A stretch of 64,000 bases of DNA from an uncultured Chlamydiae bacterium. Lineage in GTDB: Bacteria > Chlamydiota > Chlamydiia > Chlamydiales > JAJFMB01. Positions 29,788-40,839 of the stretch are shown here, piece by piece. Location of the stretch: NCBI GenBank assembly GCA_963696295.1, contig CAVOJR010000001.1:960001-1024000 (forward strand), given 5' to 3'. Each line of letters opens with the position of its first letter. Position 1 is the stretch's first letter. Both the position numbers and the translations under genes were made by a program. The notes under the pieces are model-generated. The model did not search any database. It saw only the letters and a program-made list of their open reading frames with translations, and had not been told where the DNA came from.

Positions 29788-32700
29788 TCATAGCTCCATC
29801 CATCTACCGGTTCAGCTTCGGCTCTTTGCTTTGTTCCTCCGGTCGGATTTTCTTTATACCTATGTTGATGAGGATTGGTATGATTATGAGGTCTTCCATG
29901 GTCAGTGAAATCAATATCTCTGACAGGTTGACCATTTTCATCAAACTCTCTGGCCTGTGTGTACTTGCCTTTGCTACCACTCTCTTTTCCTAATTGGGTA
30001 TGTGGAGCATCTGTGTCAGGAGTTTTTACACCATGCTGATCTTGTGGCAATGGCCTATCTGGAGCATACATATCAGTATTTTTCAACAAATATGTATTAT
30101 GATACTGCGAATGCTCCCAGCAATTGTAGGCCTTCACTCCTTCATTAATGACTAAAGCCGTTGCAATAGTATAAGCAGTTGCCAGCACAGCCTCCGTAGA
30201 AATTGCTGCAAGGGCCACTTCCGCTCCCCAAACTAAAAGAGGAATGGCAAATACTACTGCTTCACCTGTAGGATCACTATAACGCAGAGGATTATTAAAG
30301 ACATACTGATAAAGGTTAGTGCTGTCGATGAAGCCGGCCGGATCCTTCGTAAGCCACCTGCCAACTTGGGGATTGTAAAACCGCTTTCCAATGTGTACAA
30401 AACCAGTCTCTGGTTCAACCCGCCTGCCGGCATAGCGCCAGGGACTTATTTTGCCTTCTGAAAGCTCCTCGCCAAATGCTGTGTAGGCATACTCTTCTGT
30501 AAGTTTTCCTGAAGAAATGTCTATCAGTGAGAGAACGCTGCCTGCCATATCGCAAAGGGGGGTGTACACCTGATCTTCTTTCTCGATGGCAACGATGTGG
30601 TTAAGCTCTTTATGAGGCTCTAAAATACGGCATTCAATCATTTTGTTTGAGGTGACTGTGCCAATTTCATAACGGCCGTCATATAGGTAAAGCTCATTAT
30701 TCTTTGAAAGGCGCCGGCCGGAAAAATCATACATGTATTTGTAAACTTCATTTTCTTTGGTCACTTTTATAAGACGGTCAAGAGCATCGTATGAGAAAGA
30801 TGATCCGTTGAGTCCGCTTAGACGCCCGCAAAGGTCATAGCGATATGAGCTGTTTCCATCATCTAAAACTTGATTGAGGTTGTTTATCTCGTAAGAGTTG
30901 TTATCTTTAGCGGTGCGGTTGTAAAGGGAATCGTTTTGATAGGTATGATGGGGTTCTTTTATAAGCTGATCTAAGTAATCATAGGCGTATTCTTTACACA
31001 TGCCATTGGATATTAGTCTTTTAACATTTCCGCTGATGTCGTATTCGATTGTTTGTGTCAAAGCGGGGTGAGATTGTGCGGTGATCCGATTCATGGGATC
31101 GAAGGCGTATGTGAGGGTGCCTGCTTTCCCCGGAAGCTTTTTGCTTAAAGGATTTCCCTTAAGATCGGATTGAATTTCTTGAGTGTATTTCTCTTCTCCA
31201 GCAGAGATGCGCGTGACTTTTGTCAGGTTTACAGGGTCGTAGACGTAGCAAACCAAAGAACCATCCGGCAGCTCTGTAGCGATCACTCTTCCCCTGGCAT
31301 CATAAGTGCGGCGAATAACAAGGCCATTTCCCAATTTTTCTTTAATGACTTTCCCCAGCTGATCATAGGATTTTTCCGTTGTGGTTTTATGAATCAAATC
31401 ATCAACTTTTACGAGATGGTCATTGCGATTATAACTATAGCAGTAAGCAATGGTGTGATCGGAAGAGGTCATAGAACTAAGACGCCCCTTTCCATCATAC
31501 TCGTAGGTAATGGTGGTGCCATCGGGTTTAACGAGGGCTTCTTTTTCACCAAAGCGGTTGTAACGATAACAGGTGGTTTTTTGATCGGCAGTGTTGCGGG
31601 CCTCAATCACTCTTAGGAGTTGATTTAAGGCATTATATTCCCACTTTGTTTCAACGGAGGTATTTTTGATCCAATCTCTTTGCAGTTGAATATTGCCAAG
31701 GGGATCGTAGAATAGCTCCTTTTTCGAGATGAGTTTTCCAAATGGATCCCGTTTTTCAATAAGGCTTTCCTGATTAAGGGCATTCAACGTGGTGCTGGTT
31801 TGGATGCCGGAAGGATCTGTTTTGATAATTTTTGTGACCGAGCTGTATTCATAGGAAAAACGGGTGATATTCCCTAAAGCATCAGTGATTTTTAAGGGTT
31901 TTCCAAGCGGGTTATACTCTGTAACGGTTTGCCCGTCGGAGCGAATTTCATGGGTTCTATTGCCGTTTGAGTCATAAACATAATTGACTTTTCTGTAAAT
32001 AATTCCATCATGGTCTTCTATTCTCTCTTCAATGAGTCGATCGAGAAGATCGTACTCTTTGACGGTAATCGCATCTGCCTCTTTAGTTTTATGTACTCTG
32101 CCGAGGGAATCATACTCGTAGGTGATGAGGCTGTTTGCTTTGGAGCGGGAAATCAGACGCCCTGCGCCATCATACTTATAATAGGTCGTAATTCCTTCCG
32201 GATCCGTTTCAGATGTTAAGTGAAAGGCGTTATAAGTATATGTTTTGACAGAAAATTCGTCTTCTTCTTTTAAAACCCTCTTGAGGGGGTCGGTTGTGTA
32301 GGTGGTGATTTTTGCGTTTTTAGCTGTGGCTTCTTTTAGAGTTCCATCAGGGTTATAAACGAAAGACTCTTTAGTCCCGTCAGGATACTCGATTTGAAGA
32401 GGCTTGCCGTGTATGTTATAAACTTTTTTTGTGGAATCCCCTCTTTGATCTGTGTAGAGGGTGACATTGTTAAAGATGTCATACTCCTGATTTACCGAAG
32501 TTTTTTTGAGAGTTCCCCTTGGAGTTTGAGTTGGGGGATAGATAGTTTGTATCAATCTGCCAAGTGTATCATATTTGTAGGTCGTTTCATTGCCGCAATG
32601 ATCTATGGAGGCAATTTTTTGATTGAGGTGATTATATCGATAACTCGTTGTCAGTACATTATTTTCAAAAAGAAGAGTTTCTGTAATACAGCGGTTAGAA

Positions 32701-34445
32701 TAATCGTAGGTGTATTTTTTTTGATGCGTCGGCCACTCTTCAGAGATAAGATTGTCATTAGCATCATAGACCCGGCGAATCTGCTCGCCTAAGGCATTTG
32801 TTTCACAAGTGATATTGCCATGGGAATCGTATTCCCAATTAAGAGCATAACGATAGCTGTCATTGCTGTCGTAATGCTCTTCCTGGAGAAGTTTTCCAAC
32901 GGGAGAGTAGCGTTTAATTACTTTGCTGATGAGCTGCAAGGTATTTTCAGGAGTGAGGTATTTCTCTTCGATGATTTCAGGCAGCCCTATCGGCATTGAT
33001 TTTGTTGGGGTGATTGAGGTGATTCTTTTAATGCCATCCCCCTCAATGACCTCCCCAATTAATACCGAAGTTGAATCGTAGGAATAAGTGTGTTTTTTGA
33101 TCAATTTCGAATGACAATAAATCTCTTTGGTGAGCAGTCTTTGCTTTCGGTCGTAGGAATAGCGTAGTTCCAGACCATTATCCTCTTTCTCATGGGTGAG
33201 CAAATGATCGCTGGAGTAGGTATATCGCTTTGTGTAGCTTTGATCTCCTGTCAGGGTCTCGGATGAAATATTGCCGAAAGCATCGTATTGAAAGGAACGG
33301 GTTTTTTGGATCTCTTTACCAGTAAAGGTATGGGTAAGCAATTCCCCAAAATCATTCCAGGTGAACTTCTCTTTAGAGTAACGAGTAGAATTGAGATAAC
33401 GGGTGATGCCGGTTAAACGCTTATTATCGTCGTAGGTGTATTTTGTAGGATGATGATAAGCATCAAAAACTATAGTTTTTCCGTGAGAATAACTGAAGGT
33501 ATGGGTGACTATCGGAGTTGCATCGGAACCGACCGGACTTGCAATCGACTTAACTTTGTTTACAGGCTCACCTTCTTCATAATAGGCAATTAACCGCGTT
33601 CGCTGATCCGGTAAACTCCGCTTGCAGATATGTTCGTTATTAACGTGATGGCTTAACATGGCGTATTCATACTTGATCGTTGGAGCATCGGAAGGGACAA
33701 CCTCAGTGATGTGTACGAACGGTTTTTCACGATGGGCGCTTTTCCTAAATTTCTTCAGATGGTAGGTAATCTTTCTGCCATCGCTGCTGTTAAGAATCAG
33801 TTGATCGTCAAGCTTTTTCAACTCAATTTCGCAGTGGGTTTTCGAGTCGCGGTCAGTGGATACGATGCGGGTAAGAGATCCTTCATCATCGCGATAATAA
33901 AGGGTTTGATTGCCGTTGGGGAGCACTTCTTTTGTGAGAAGATTTTGTTGTTCCACAGAAGAAAAATCCCTGATGGTGCCCGAGCCTGAAATAGCCTGCA
34001 ATCCGCTTTTTCTTTGGATCAAGGCGATGTTTTTCAAGTTGTTTCTCGCGCTGATCTCGCCAAATCCACAGTTGGTAAAGCCTTGACCTGACTTCTCTTT
34101 ACAGAAAGATCCATTTTTATATATTGCTGTTCTGCCGGATCGTTCGATATAGCAGGCCATTTCCTTTTTCCTAATGATGGAACTGTCATGATTGTGGCGC
34201 CACCCCCAAAATAGGGAGTGTGTGTCATAGTCAGAGCTTGAATAAAACCTTTCAAAAGATATAGGATTGGGACTTTGAATGTACAGATCCAGTCCGCTTT
34301 CGACATAGTCGCCTGTGATAACATTAACGCAATTCCCTGCAAGCGTGGGGAGTCCTCTTTCCACATCGGAAAATGGGAGACTGTTTTCGAAATCTTCTCC
34401 CCACAATGAGGAGAACAAAATCAGGAGAGAGATCAGGCGCTTCAT
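29784..34445 (-). CDS. Rhs/YD-repeat polymorphic toxin with signal peptide and His-rich C-terminal toxin (Ntox24-like)
   Basis: Signal peptide MKRLISLLILFSSLWG; DUF6531-like CVNVITGDY; many YD repeats; core RFYNPQVGRWLTKDP...NPLRYSDPTG; tail RDIDFTDHGRPHNHTNPHQH. Confidence 0.9.
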   Translation of the reverse strand: MKRLISLLILFSSLWGEDFENSLPFSDVERGLPTLAGNCVNVITGDYVESGLDLYIQSPNPISFERFYSSSDYDTHSLFWGWRHNHDSSIIRKKEMACYIERSGRTAIYKNGSFCKEKSGQGFTNCGFGEISARNNLKNIALIQRKSGLQAISGSGTIRDFSSVEQQNLLTKEVLPNGNQTLYYRDDEGSLTRIVSTDRDSKTHCEIELKKLDDQLILNSSDGRKITYHLKKFRKSAHREKPFVHITEVVPSDAPTIKYEYAMLSHHVNNEHICKRSLPDQRTRLIAYYEEGEPVNKVKSIASPVGSDATPIVTHTFSYSHGKTIVFDAYHHPTKYTYDDNKRLTGITRYLNSTRYSKEKFTWNDFGELLTHTFTGKEIQKTRSFQYDAFGNISSETLTGDQSYTKRYTYSSDHLLTHEKEDNGLELRYSYDRKQRLLTKEIYCHSKLIKKHTYSYDSTSVLIGEVIEGDGIKRITSITPTKSMPIGLPEIIEEKYLTPENTLQLISKVIKRYSPVGKLLQEEHYDSNDSYRYALNWEYDSHGNITCETNALGEQIRRVYDANDNLISEEWPTHQKKYTYDYSNRCITETLLFENNVLTTSYRYNHLNQKIASIDHCGNETTYKYDTLGRLIQTIYPPTQTPRGTLKKTSVNQEYDIFNNVTLYTDQRGDSTKKVYNIHGKPLQIEYPDGTKESFVYNPDGTLKEATAKNAKITTYTTDPLKRVLKEEDEFSVKTYTYNAFHLTSETDPEGITTYYKYDGAGRLISRSKANSLITYEYDSLGRVHKTKEADAITVKEYDLLDRLIEERIEDHDGIIYRKVNYVYDSNGNRTHEIRSDGQTVTEYNPLGKPLKITDALGNITRFSYEYSSVTKIIKTDPSGIQTSTTLNALNQESLIEKRDPFGKLISKKELFYDPLGNIQLQRDWIKNTSVETKWEYNALNQLLRVIEARNTADQKTTCYRYNRFGEKEALVKPDGTTITYEYDGKGRLSSMTSSDHTIAYCYSYNRNDHLVKVDDLIHKTTTEKSYDQLGKVIKEKLGNGLVIRRTYDARGRVIATELPDGSLVCYVYDPVNLTKVTRISAGEEKYTQEIQSDLKGNPLSKKLPGKAGTLTYAFDPMNRITAQSHPALTQTIEYDISGNVKRLISNGMCKEYAYDYLDQLIKEPHHTYQNDSLYNRTAKDNNSYEINNLNQVLDDGNSSYRYDLCGRLSGLNGSSFSYDALDRLIKVTKENEVYKYMYDFSGRRLSKNNELYLYDGRYEIGTVTSNKMIECRILEPHKELNHIVAIEKEDQVYTPLCDMAGSVLSLIDISSGKLTEEYAYTAFGEELSEGKISPWRYAGRRVEPETGFVHIGKRFYNPQVGRWLTKDPAGFIDSTNLYQYVFNNPLRYSDPTGEAVVFAIPLLVWGAEVALAAISTEAVLATAYTIATALVINEGVKAYNCWEHSQYHNTYLLKNTDMYAPDRPLPQDQHGVKTPDTDAPHTQLGKESGSKGKYTQAREFDENGQPVRDIDFTDHGRPHNHTNPHQHRYKENPTGGTKQRAEAEPVDGWSYE

Positions 34446-34517
34446 AAATAGACCCCAAAATTAAAATTTCACAGAATATTCTGCCTAATCTACCATGTTG
34501 TCAAGAAAAAAAGGCTA

Positions 34518-35225
34518 TTAGGGAGTCTGCACGCGTTGTAACATTTTGGCCTCCTCATCTGATAAAAGTCTGTTGTTAAGCATATAGTATCTGAACTCAA
34601 AAACACCAAGTTCATAGGATTGAGGGGTGAAAGCCGCTTCGCAGCCAGTATAGTGAAAAGTTTTGACTTCTTTATGTTCTTTAAAAACAGCAGTAAAATT
34701 TTCGACATTATTACGATTGTCGTCTGCAAACAAAATCACATCTGGTTCTAACCTCATCTGATGCAGATGTTTAATGTATGCTTCCCCCTTATTTTTTTCA
34801 TCGGTCAAGATCAAATGGGAATAATTGATATTCACAGATCGCAGAAGCTTAGTTGTCGCCTCTTTTGCATACGCGGGGCGTGCTGTTAATATATCGACCT
34901 CGACTCCCATGTCTAAAAGAGAATTTAGTCTTTCAGGAATTTCCTCTTCTGTCAAACGCATGGGCGCTTCAGACATCGCCCTCATAACTTTCGACTTCAC
35001 ATAAATTTTAATGAGTTTAGATATTGCTGCTTTAAAAAAGTTTGATTGTGAAGACTTTTCATGCATTAACGATAGAAAGCGGTCATTCGGAAAAATAGAT
35101 GTGGCAGTGACCAAAGTACTATCAATATCAAAAACTGCCCGGACCTTTTTCCCAACTTTGGCTTGCTTCACAGCCTCCAAAAAAAGACTTTCAAGTTTTT
35201 GAGTCTCTATAATTTTAGGTGACAT
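34518..35225 (-). CDS. HAD-like protein (DUF2608-like)
   Basis: FDIDSTL, LTAR, NKG and FADD motifs. Confidence 0.7.
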   Translation of the reverse strand: MSPKIIETQKLESLFLEAVKQAKVGKKVRAVFDIDSTLVTATSIFPNDRFLSLMHEKSSQSNFFKAAISKLIKIYVKSKVMRAMSEAPMRLTEEEIPERLNSLLDMGVEVDILTARPAYAKEATTKLLRSVNINYSHLILTDEKNKGEAYIKHLHQMRLEPDVILFADDNRNNVENFTAVFKEHKEVKTFHYTGCEAAFTPQSYELGVFEFRYYMLNNRLLSDEEAKMLQRVQTP

Positions 35226-35343
35226 GTACTTCTTTTTATCAAATTGATGAAATATTGTAAAAAGTTCGTTGCAATCCCCTTGTCACTTATTATCAAATCC
35301 CCTAAAATAGGTCTTCCCTAAAACCAGAATCACGGAGAATATA

Positions 35344-36717
35344 ATGAAAAAACTTTTATTATCGCTTTCTTTGATTTTCATCGCTTCCAATTGTTCCGCA
35401 CAAATAGAAACCAAACCGAAAAGCTTTACCGAAATCGCAAAAAAATCAATACCCGCCGTGGTATCTATTAAAGTGAAAGGCAAAAAGGGAGACGGGGATC
35501 AATACGATCAGCTGAATCAGGATCTATGGCAATATTTTTTTGGAATTCCAAGGCAACCCTCCCCACAGCAACCGCCCATGCCGGAAATCGGCCAGGCCAC
35601 CGGCTTTATCGTCTCGCCTGACGGCTATATCCTGACCAATGACCACGTCGTGCGAGGGGCCGATGAGATCTTCGTCACCCTCAATGACAATAGAGAATTT
35701 AAAGGAAAAATCGTAGGACAGGACCCGCATACTGACTTGGCTGTGGTTAAGATCGACGCGCACAATCTCCCTTTCTTAAAGCTGGGGGATTCCGATAAGC
35801 TCGAGCCGGCGGAGCCGGTGATGGCCGTTGGCAACCCCTTTGGCCTGCAGGCGTCTGTCAGCGTCGGCGTGGTGAGCGCGAAAGGGCGGAATAATATAGA
35901 CAACTCCAACCTGGACTTTATTCAGACCGACGCGGCTATCAACCGCGGCAACTCAGGCGGCCCTCTTATCAACGAGGAGGGGGAAGTCGTGGGCATTAAC
36001 AGCGCCATCATCACCAGCGGCGCTGCCGGCGGGTGCGTCGGGGTCGGCCTCGCCATCCCCAGCAACGTCGCACAGCACATCATGGAGCAGCTAATCTCCA
36101 CCGGCGGCGTGACCCGCGGCTTTATGGGCGTGACGCTGCAGCAAGTCGACCAGGATCTAGCGATCGCTTTTGGCCTCGACAGAGCCGAGGGCGCTTTAGT
36201 GGCTGACGTCGCCAAGGGCTCGCCTGCCGAAAAAGCGGGATTGAGGCAAGGGGACATCATCACCCAATACAACAGCCAAAAAGCGGTCAACATCACAGCG
36301 CTTCGCAATGCCATCTCTTTGATGAAACCGGGCACAAAAGTGAATTTGACCGTCTTGCGCCACGGCAAAAACCTGACGATTCCGATTGAGATCGGCTCTT
36401 TCCCAACCTCGCAAACCTTTGTGGCCAACAGGGAGAATAAACTGGGCTTCGAGGTGGAAAACCTCACCCCCGATATCACCCGCAACTTAGGGCTTCTGGG
36501 CGAGCAGGGAGTTGTGATCAGCAAAGTGGAACCGGGCAGTCCGGCCGCCTGGGCAGGCATCAAAAAAGGGGCGTTGCTCATTGCGATCAACCAGAAACAG
36601 GTGCAATCGATCGACGATGTGAACGACGCTTTAAGCAAAGCGGAGAGCGGCAAGCCCGTGCTTCTTCTGGTGAAGCAAGGGGAAGCCACCCGGTTTGTCT
36701 CCCTCAAGGTCAACTAG
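35344..36717 (+). CDS. htrA: DegP/HtrA serine protease with two PDZ domains
   Basis: Signal peptide, TNDHVV, DLAVVK and DAAINRGNSGGPL. Confidence 0.95.
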   Translation: MKKLLLSLSLIFIASNCSAQIETKPKSFTEIAKKSIPAVVSIKVKGKKGDGDQYDQLNQDLWQYFFGIPRQPSPQQPPMPEIGQATGFIVSPDGYILTNDHVVRGADEIFVTLNDNREFKGKIVGQDPHTDLAVVKIDAHNLPFLKLGDSDKLEPAEPVMAVGNPFGLQASVSVGVVSAKGRNNIDNSNLDFIQTDAAINRGNSGGPLINEEGEVVGINSAIITSGAAGGCVGVGLAIPSNVAQHIMEQLISTGGVTRGFMGVTLQQVDQDLAIAFGLDRAEGALVADVAKGSPAEKAGLRQGDIITQYNSQKAVNITALRNAISLMKPGTKVNLTVLRHGKNLTIPIEIGSFPTSQTFVANRENKLGFEVENLTPDITRNLGLLGEQGVVISKVEPGSPAAWAGIKKGALLIAINQKQVQSIDDVNDALSKAESGKPVLLLVKQGEATRFVSLKVN

Positions 36718-36719
36718 TT

Positions 36720-36745
36720 AAATGCCCACTCAAATGTGGGCATTT
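36720..36745. terminator. Hairpin between convergent genes
   Basis: AAATGCCCAC-TCAAAT-GTGGGCATTT. Confidence 0.65.
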
Positions 36746-38300
36746 ACCTCGATTTTTTATCAATCCAGGCCGTTCCGATCAGCAAAAGTCCGGTAGCGAC
36801 GAATGTCAGAATGCGGATCACTATCGGCATTTCCCATAATTCCACAAGAAAAAGGCGGCCTAAAACAAAAACAATCAGGGCCATTCCAGCTAAGCGCAGC
36901 TTTTTTAATATCAACCCTTCGGCGGCGATGATATAGAGGACGAGGGCTGTGCCGCGGGCGGCGTAGCTGTTCGCCAGGGTCTGATGGCAGATATTCCAGA
37001 TCAGGGCCATCAGGGATAAACCTGTAAGGACCCCCAAGCCGGCTGAAACGGCTCTCTGCAGCCGGCCGGGCTGCATAGGATACACGATCCAGGCAGAGGC
37101 GGCCAATGAGCCGGCGGCCGTAACCAGGGTGGCAAAATCCACGCTGTTAAAGGGCGCGTACAAAATACCCGGCCATTTGTCGTACAGGAGAGCCAGCGGG
37201 ATGAGAAAGAAAAAGGCCAGTCCGGAAGCGGCTACCGGCGCCTGAAAAGCAAAGCGCGCCACCCCAATCGCCAGCGCGATTGGAATCATATAGCTGATGA
37301 TATCGGGCCAATTGGTGGAATTAACCGTCATTAAAATAAAGGTCATCGCATTAAAAACGAGAATAGATCCAATCGTGTAATTATTTTCCCATTTGCAGCA
37401 GATATATAAGGAGAGGAGCGCCGCCGCGGAATAAGCGAGGTAATCCCACTGAAAGGGAACAAAAAGGGTCATCCAGGCAATCAAGGCAAAGGTTGAAGTA
37501 AGCAATATAAATGCTCCCGATTGCTTTTTAATGGCAAAGAAAGCGGAAGGGAGAAAAAAAAGCAGATAAAATAGGGCGGCATATAAAGAAACAAGGCCCC
37601 TATCGATCTCAAAAAAGGAAAACGAGTAATAGAGTGTCGCAACCCATGCCGCGAGAAATACCGTTTCCCAGCTGCGGGTGAGGTACATAAAAAGCGCCGC
37701 CAGATCGATCAACAGAACGTAATTGATGACAAAAAGAGGCGTGTGTTTTCCGATTAAAAAGGGGATGACAGAGGCTGCGATTACCGAAGCGAAACTCAAA
37801 CCCGCAAAGTTATAAAAGACCCCGATCCCCGCCGTGATGGCCGCTGTGGCAAACAAGAGCAGAAATACCCCGTTTTCCGGGAGCAGGGCATACCATTCAT
37901 AGCCGGCGTAGAGGGACATGAAGATGACAGCCTCTCCTAAAAGGAGCAATATCTGCCCCTTCACAGCCTCTTTTTTTAGCAGGACAAAACCGTAGAGATA
38001 GACTGCCGACCCGGCCGCGAGACAGGAATAAACCCTTGCGGCTTCCCCCATCCACTGGTTGGCATAACCGATGAACCAGGTTCCCGCCAGAATCACGAGA
38101 AGTATGCCAATGGCTGAAAGCCAGTTTTCTTTCAGCCACAGTTGAAGAGAGGAGGGTACCTTGGGGATGGGAGGTAAAGGCCGAGGTAAAGGACGTTCCA
38201 GGCCGAGCCTTTGCTCTATGGCTGCAAGCCTTGCCTCGATTTTATTCAAACGATCCTCGTCCATAGACGAATTTTGGCTCAAATGGGGCCTATCTAGCAA
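36744..38300 (-). CDS. DUF2339-like multi-pass membrane protein
   Basis: IEARLAAIE and ENWLSAIGI at the start; many TM segments; ends RILTFVATGLLL. Confidence 0.7.
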   Translation of the reverse strand: MLDRPHLSQNSSMDEDRLNKIEARLAAIEQRLGLERPLPRPLPPIPKVPSSLQLWLKENWLSAIGILLVILAGTWFIGYANQWMGEAARVYSCLAAGSAVYLYGFVLLKKEAVKGQILLLLGEAVIFMSLYAGYEWYALLPENGVFLLLFATAAITAGIGVFYNFAGLSFASVIAASVIPFLIGKHTPLFVINYVLLIDLAALFMYLTRSWETVFLAAWVATLYYSFSFFEIDRGLVSLYAALFYLLFFLPSAFFAIKKQSGAFILLTSTFALIAWMTLFVPFQWDYLAYSAAALLSLYICCKWENNYTIGSILVFNAMTFILMTVNSTNWPDIISYMIPIALAIGVARFAFQAPVAASGLAFFFLIPLALLYDKWPGILYAPFNSVDFATLVTAAGSLAASAWIVYPMQPGRLQRAVSAGLGVLTGLSLMALIWNICHQTLANSYAARGTALVLYIIAAEGLILKKLRLAGMALIVFVLGRLFLVELWEMPIVIRILTFVATGLLLIGTAWIDKKSR

Positions 38301-38355
38301 GAAAATTATTCAGAACTTTACGTAAAGACAATATTTAAAATCTATAATTATTAGT

Positions 38356-39207
38356 ATGCATGCTAATTATAATCTATCTTTTTACACCCCACCAGAAAGC
38401 CCCAAGACGAGCGAGCCTCAGACCCTCCTCTTCATTCACGGGGCGCAGGGCTCGAAAAAAGGCTGGGAGGGGGTTATCAACCAGCTGAAAGACAATTACC
38501 GGGTTTATGCCATCGATTTGCGCGGGTGGGGGGAGTCGCCGCTCGGAAATGAAGACTATACCTTAGAACTTCTGGCGGATGATGTTGACAAATTCGTAAA
38601 GGATCATCATCTGGGACCGCTGGTTATAGTCGGACACTCCATGGGAGCTAGGGTTGGCGTCGCCTATGCCGCTCTACATCCTGAGAATGTGCGCGGCCTG
38701 GTGATGGAAGACCAGGATCTCGAAAAAGGTAAAGTCTATATCCCCGATCCGAACCAGTTATCGCAAGCGAAAGATTTACACCCCCTGCACAACAGCCGTG
38801 AAAGAGCTGAGGCTGAACTCAGCAAACTCACCGCTTTTTCAACAGAAGAGATCAAAAATTGGAAAAAGGATGAGATCAAGCAGATAGATGAGAATAAGTG
38901 GTTTATCAGCGTCCGTCCCTATACCTGGTACCTCGCCTCAAAAGCCTGCTACGGGAATGAAAAAGCAAAAACCCTGTTTGGGAATCTAAAAAATATACCC
39001 GTTATGTTGATGAAGGCAGAGAAGGGAGCCGGTGCCACTGAAACAGGTATTGCAGAATTGCAAAGATTGAAGCCTGACATGGAAATCAGACGCGTCGACG
39101 GCGCTACACATAACATTCACAAGTCAAAGACCGGACAATTTACCCAAAACTTGACTGAGTTTTTAGAAAAAATCAATTGCAAAACAAATATAATTGCTTC
39201 TTTATAG
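38356..39207 (+). CDS. Alpha/beta hydrolase
   Basis: FIHG, DLRGWGES, GHSMG and C-terminal His. Confidence 0.9.
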   Translation: MHANYNLSFYTPPESPKTSEPQTLLFIHGAQGSKKGWEGVINQLKDNYRVYAIDLRGWGESPLGNEDYTLELLADDVDKFVKDHHLGPLVIVGHSMGARVGVAYAALHPENVRGLVMEDQDLEKGKVYIPDPNQLSQAKDLHPLHNSRERAEAELSKLTAFSTEEIKNWKKDEIKQIDENKWFISVRPYTWYLASKACYGNEKAKTLFGNLKNIPVMLMKAEKGAGATETGIAELQRLKPDMEIRRVDGATHNIHKSKTGQFTQNLTEFLEKINCKTNIIASL

Positions 39208-39230
39208 AATGAAAAACGCTTTAAACAAAG

Positions 39231-39773
39231 ATGAGAAGCCATTTTGTAGACCCTGTCAACGGCATTGATATGACTGTCAGTGAGTTAGCCGCTATGATTC
39301 CAGCGGATGCCGCACTTGAGCAGCCTCATATCGATACGTGTTCCTGGGGAAAAACTATCTCCACCTATCTTGGAAAGCAAACAGTCACCGGTGGGAAGGG
39401 GCAGCGGGGAGATGTGGTTTTGCTGCCGGACAGGGAAGCGGTTCCCTGGAATTGGGCCTGGCAAACACCTGTCATGAATCACGACGGCTCCGAAGGGGGG
39501 CGTTTGTTGAATCTTGATGACATACGCCATTATATCGTGGAGCCCTGTCAAGGAAACATCCCTTCCGTCATTATCCTCACTATGGGGAGAGGCTATCAGG
39601 ATCTGGAAAACGATCCTGGAGTTTTAAAAATACAAAGCAGTTTGCCAGATCAGATTGAAGAAAGTTTCGGCGTGAAGGTTCTTGTTTTGAAAACGCAAAA
39701 AGCCGTGCCAAAGTATAACGATCTAGTGGCAAAAGGGATCTCGGTCGCAGCCATGATCCACACAACCTGCTAG
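39231..39773 (+). CDS. Mth938/AAMDC-like domain protein
   Basis: SWG, WNW, TQKAVPKYN and terminal IHTTC. Confidence 0.65.
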   Translation: MRSHFVDPVNGIDMTVSELAAMIPADAALEQPHIDTCSWGKTISTYLGKQTVTGGKGQRGDVVLLPDREAVPWNWAWQTPVMNHDGSEGGRLLNLDDIRHYIVEPCQGNIPSVIILTMGRGYQDLENDPGVLKIQSSLPDQIEESFGVKVLVLKTQKAVPKYNDLVAKGISVAAMIHTTC

Positions 39774-40012
39774 ACGTATAAAGAGCGGTCCTAGGCGATC
39801 TCGGATATTTCTCTGAAACGACCAGGCTTCCATCATTTTCCCTCTAGAGTTTACTCCAGCCTCTGACTGGTCCCATAAAACTGTTCTGAGTTCATCAAAA
39901 AATTTCATTTTATTCCCCTTTAGATAATTACCTGTCGACTGAGAAATAGTCATAGATTTTTATTACACAATTTTCTATATTATCCCTCTCCGGTTCTAAA
40001 AAAATAATTTTT

Positions 40013-40831
40013 TTGAGGTTATCAATGACAACGACATTTAAAACAATATCACCCGTTATCGCTTCCAAAAGTGAATCATTTTACATTTATCAAGGGAACG
40101 TAGACATCAAAATATTGAAACACAAACAGACAACAACCGCCTTTGTCCAAGGCGTGGCAGAGAATCTTCTTCTGGAAAGCTTTCAGGGAACGCATAACGA
40201 AAAGTTACAAAGTCTGTTTGGACGAACCGTAGTCGTCGAGCGGCGAGAAATAGAGGACCTGACAGCTATTTTTGACGCAAATTTTGCGGCAGAGCAGCTG
40301 AGAAAGGACACCACAAAAACCTGTCTTGGGATCTTATTTTCGGGTTATGCCCTCATTGAAAAGAAGACGCAAACAATTATTGGACGCCTTTCCTTTGAAG
40401 CCGGCTCGGAACCTGGCGAATCGGTATGCACCCTGGTTATTGGTGAGGCCCACCGCAAAAAGGGGTATGGCAAAGAAGCCATGGCCTTGGCTGCCGGTTT
40501 AGGGCTCGCCTTATGCTCGCAAAACGCAGAAATCGGGAGCTTCGGGAATAGAGCGCCTGTCAAGAGATTTACGGCATCTGTTTTGGAAAGCGATGAAAAA
40601 GCTAACAGCTGGTTAACGTCAATGGGATTCTCACTCATGCGCTTCTATAAAAATGAAGAGGGTCAGTCCTTGTGTCTGTATGGCGTTGAATCAAGGGAGT
40701 TTTCTGAAATGAATAAAATCATGGATCTGACAAAGATCAACTGGAACATAAATTATATTAGCCAAAGTCCGGTTCTCAAGGGAAAATCCCCCTCGCCCGT
40801 CAGCAGCGGCAGTTCCAGCAATTCCAAATAA
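40013..40831 (+). CDS. GNAT (RimJ/RimL-like) domain protein
   Basis: HRKKGYGKEA acetyl-CoA motif and LTSMGF. Confidence 0.7.
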   Translation: MRLSMTTTFKTISPVIASKSESFYIYQGNVDIKILKHKQTTTAFVQGVAENLLLESFQGTHNEKLQSLFGRTVVVERREIEDLTAIFDANFAAEQLRKDTTKTCLGILFSGYALIEKKTQTIIGRLSFEAGSEPGESVCTLVIGEAHRKKGYGKEAMALAAGLGLALCSQNAEIGSFGNRAPVKRFTASVLESDEKANSWLTSMGFSLMRFYKNEEGQSLCLYGVESREFSEMNKIMDLTKINWNINYISQSPVLKGKSPSPVSSGSSSNSK

Positions 40832-40839
40832 GATTTGCT

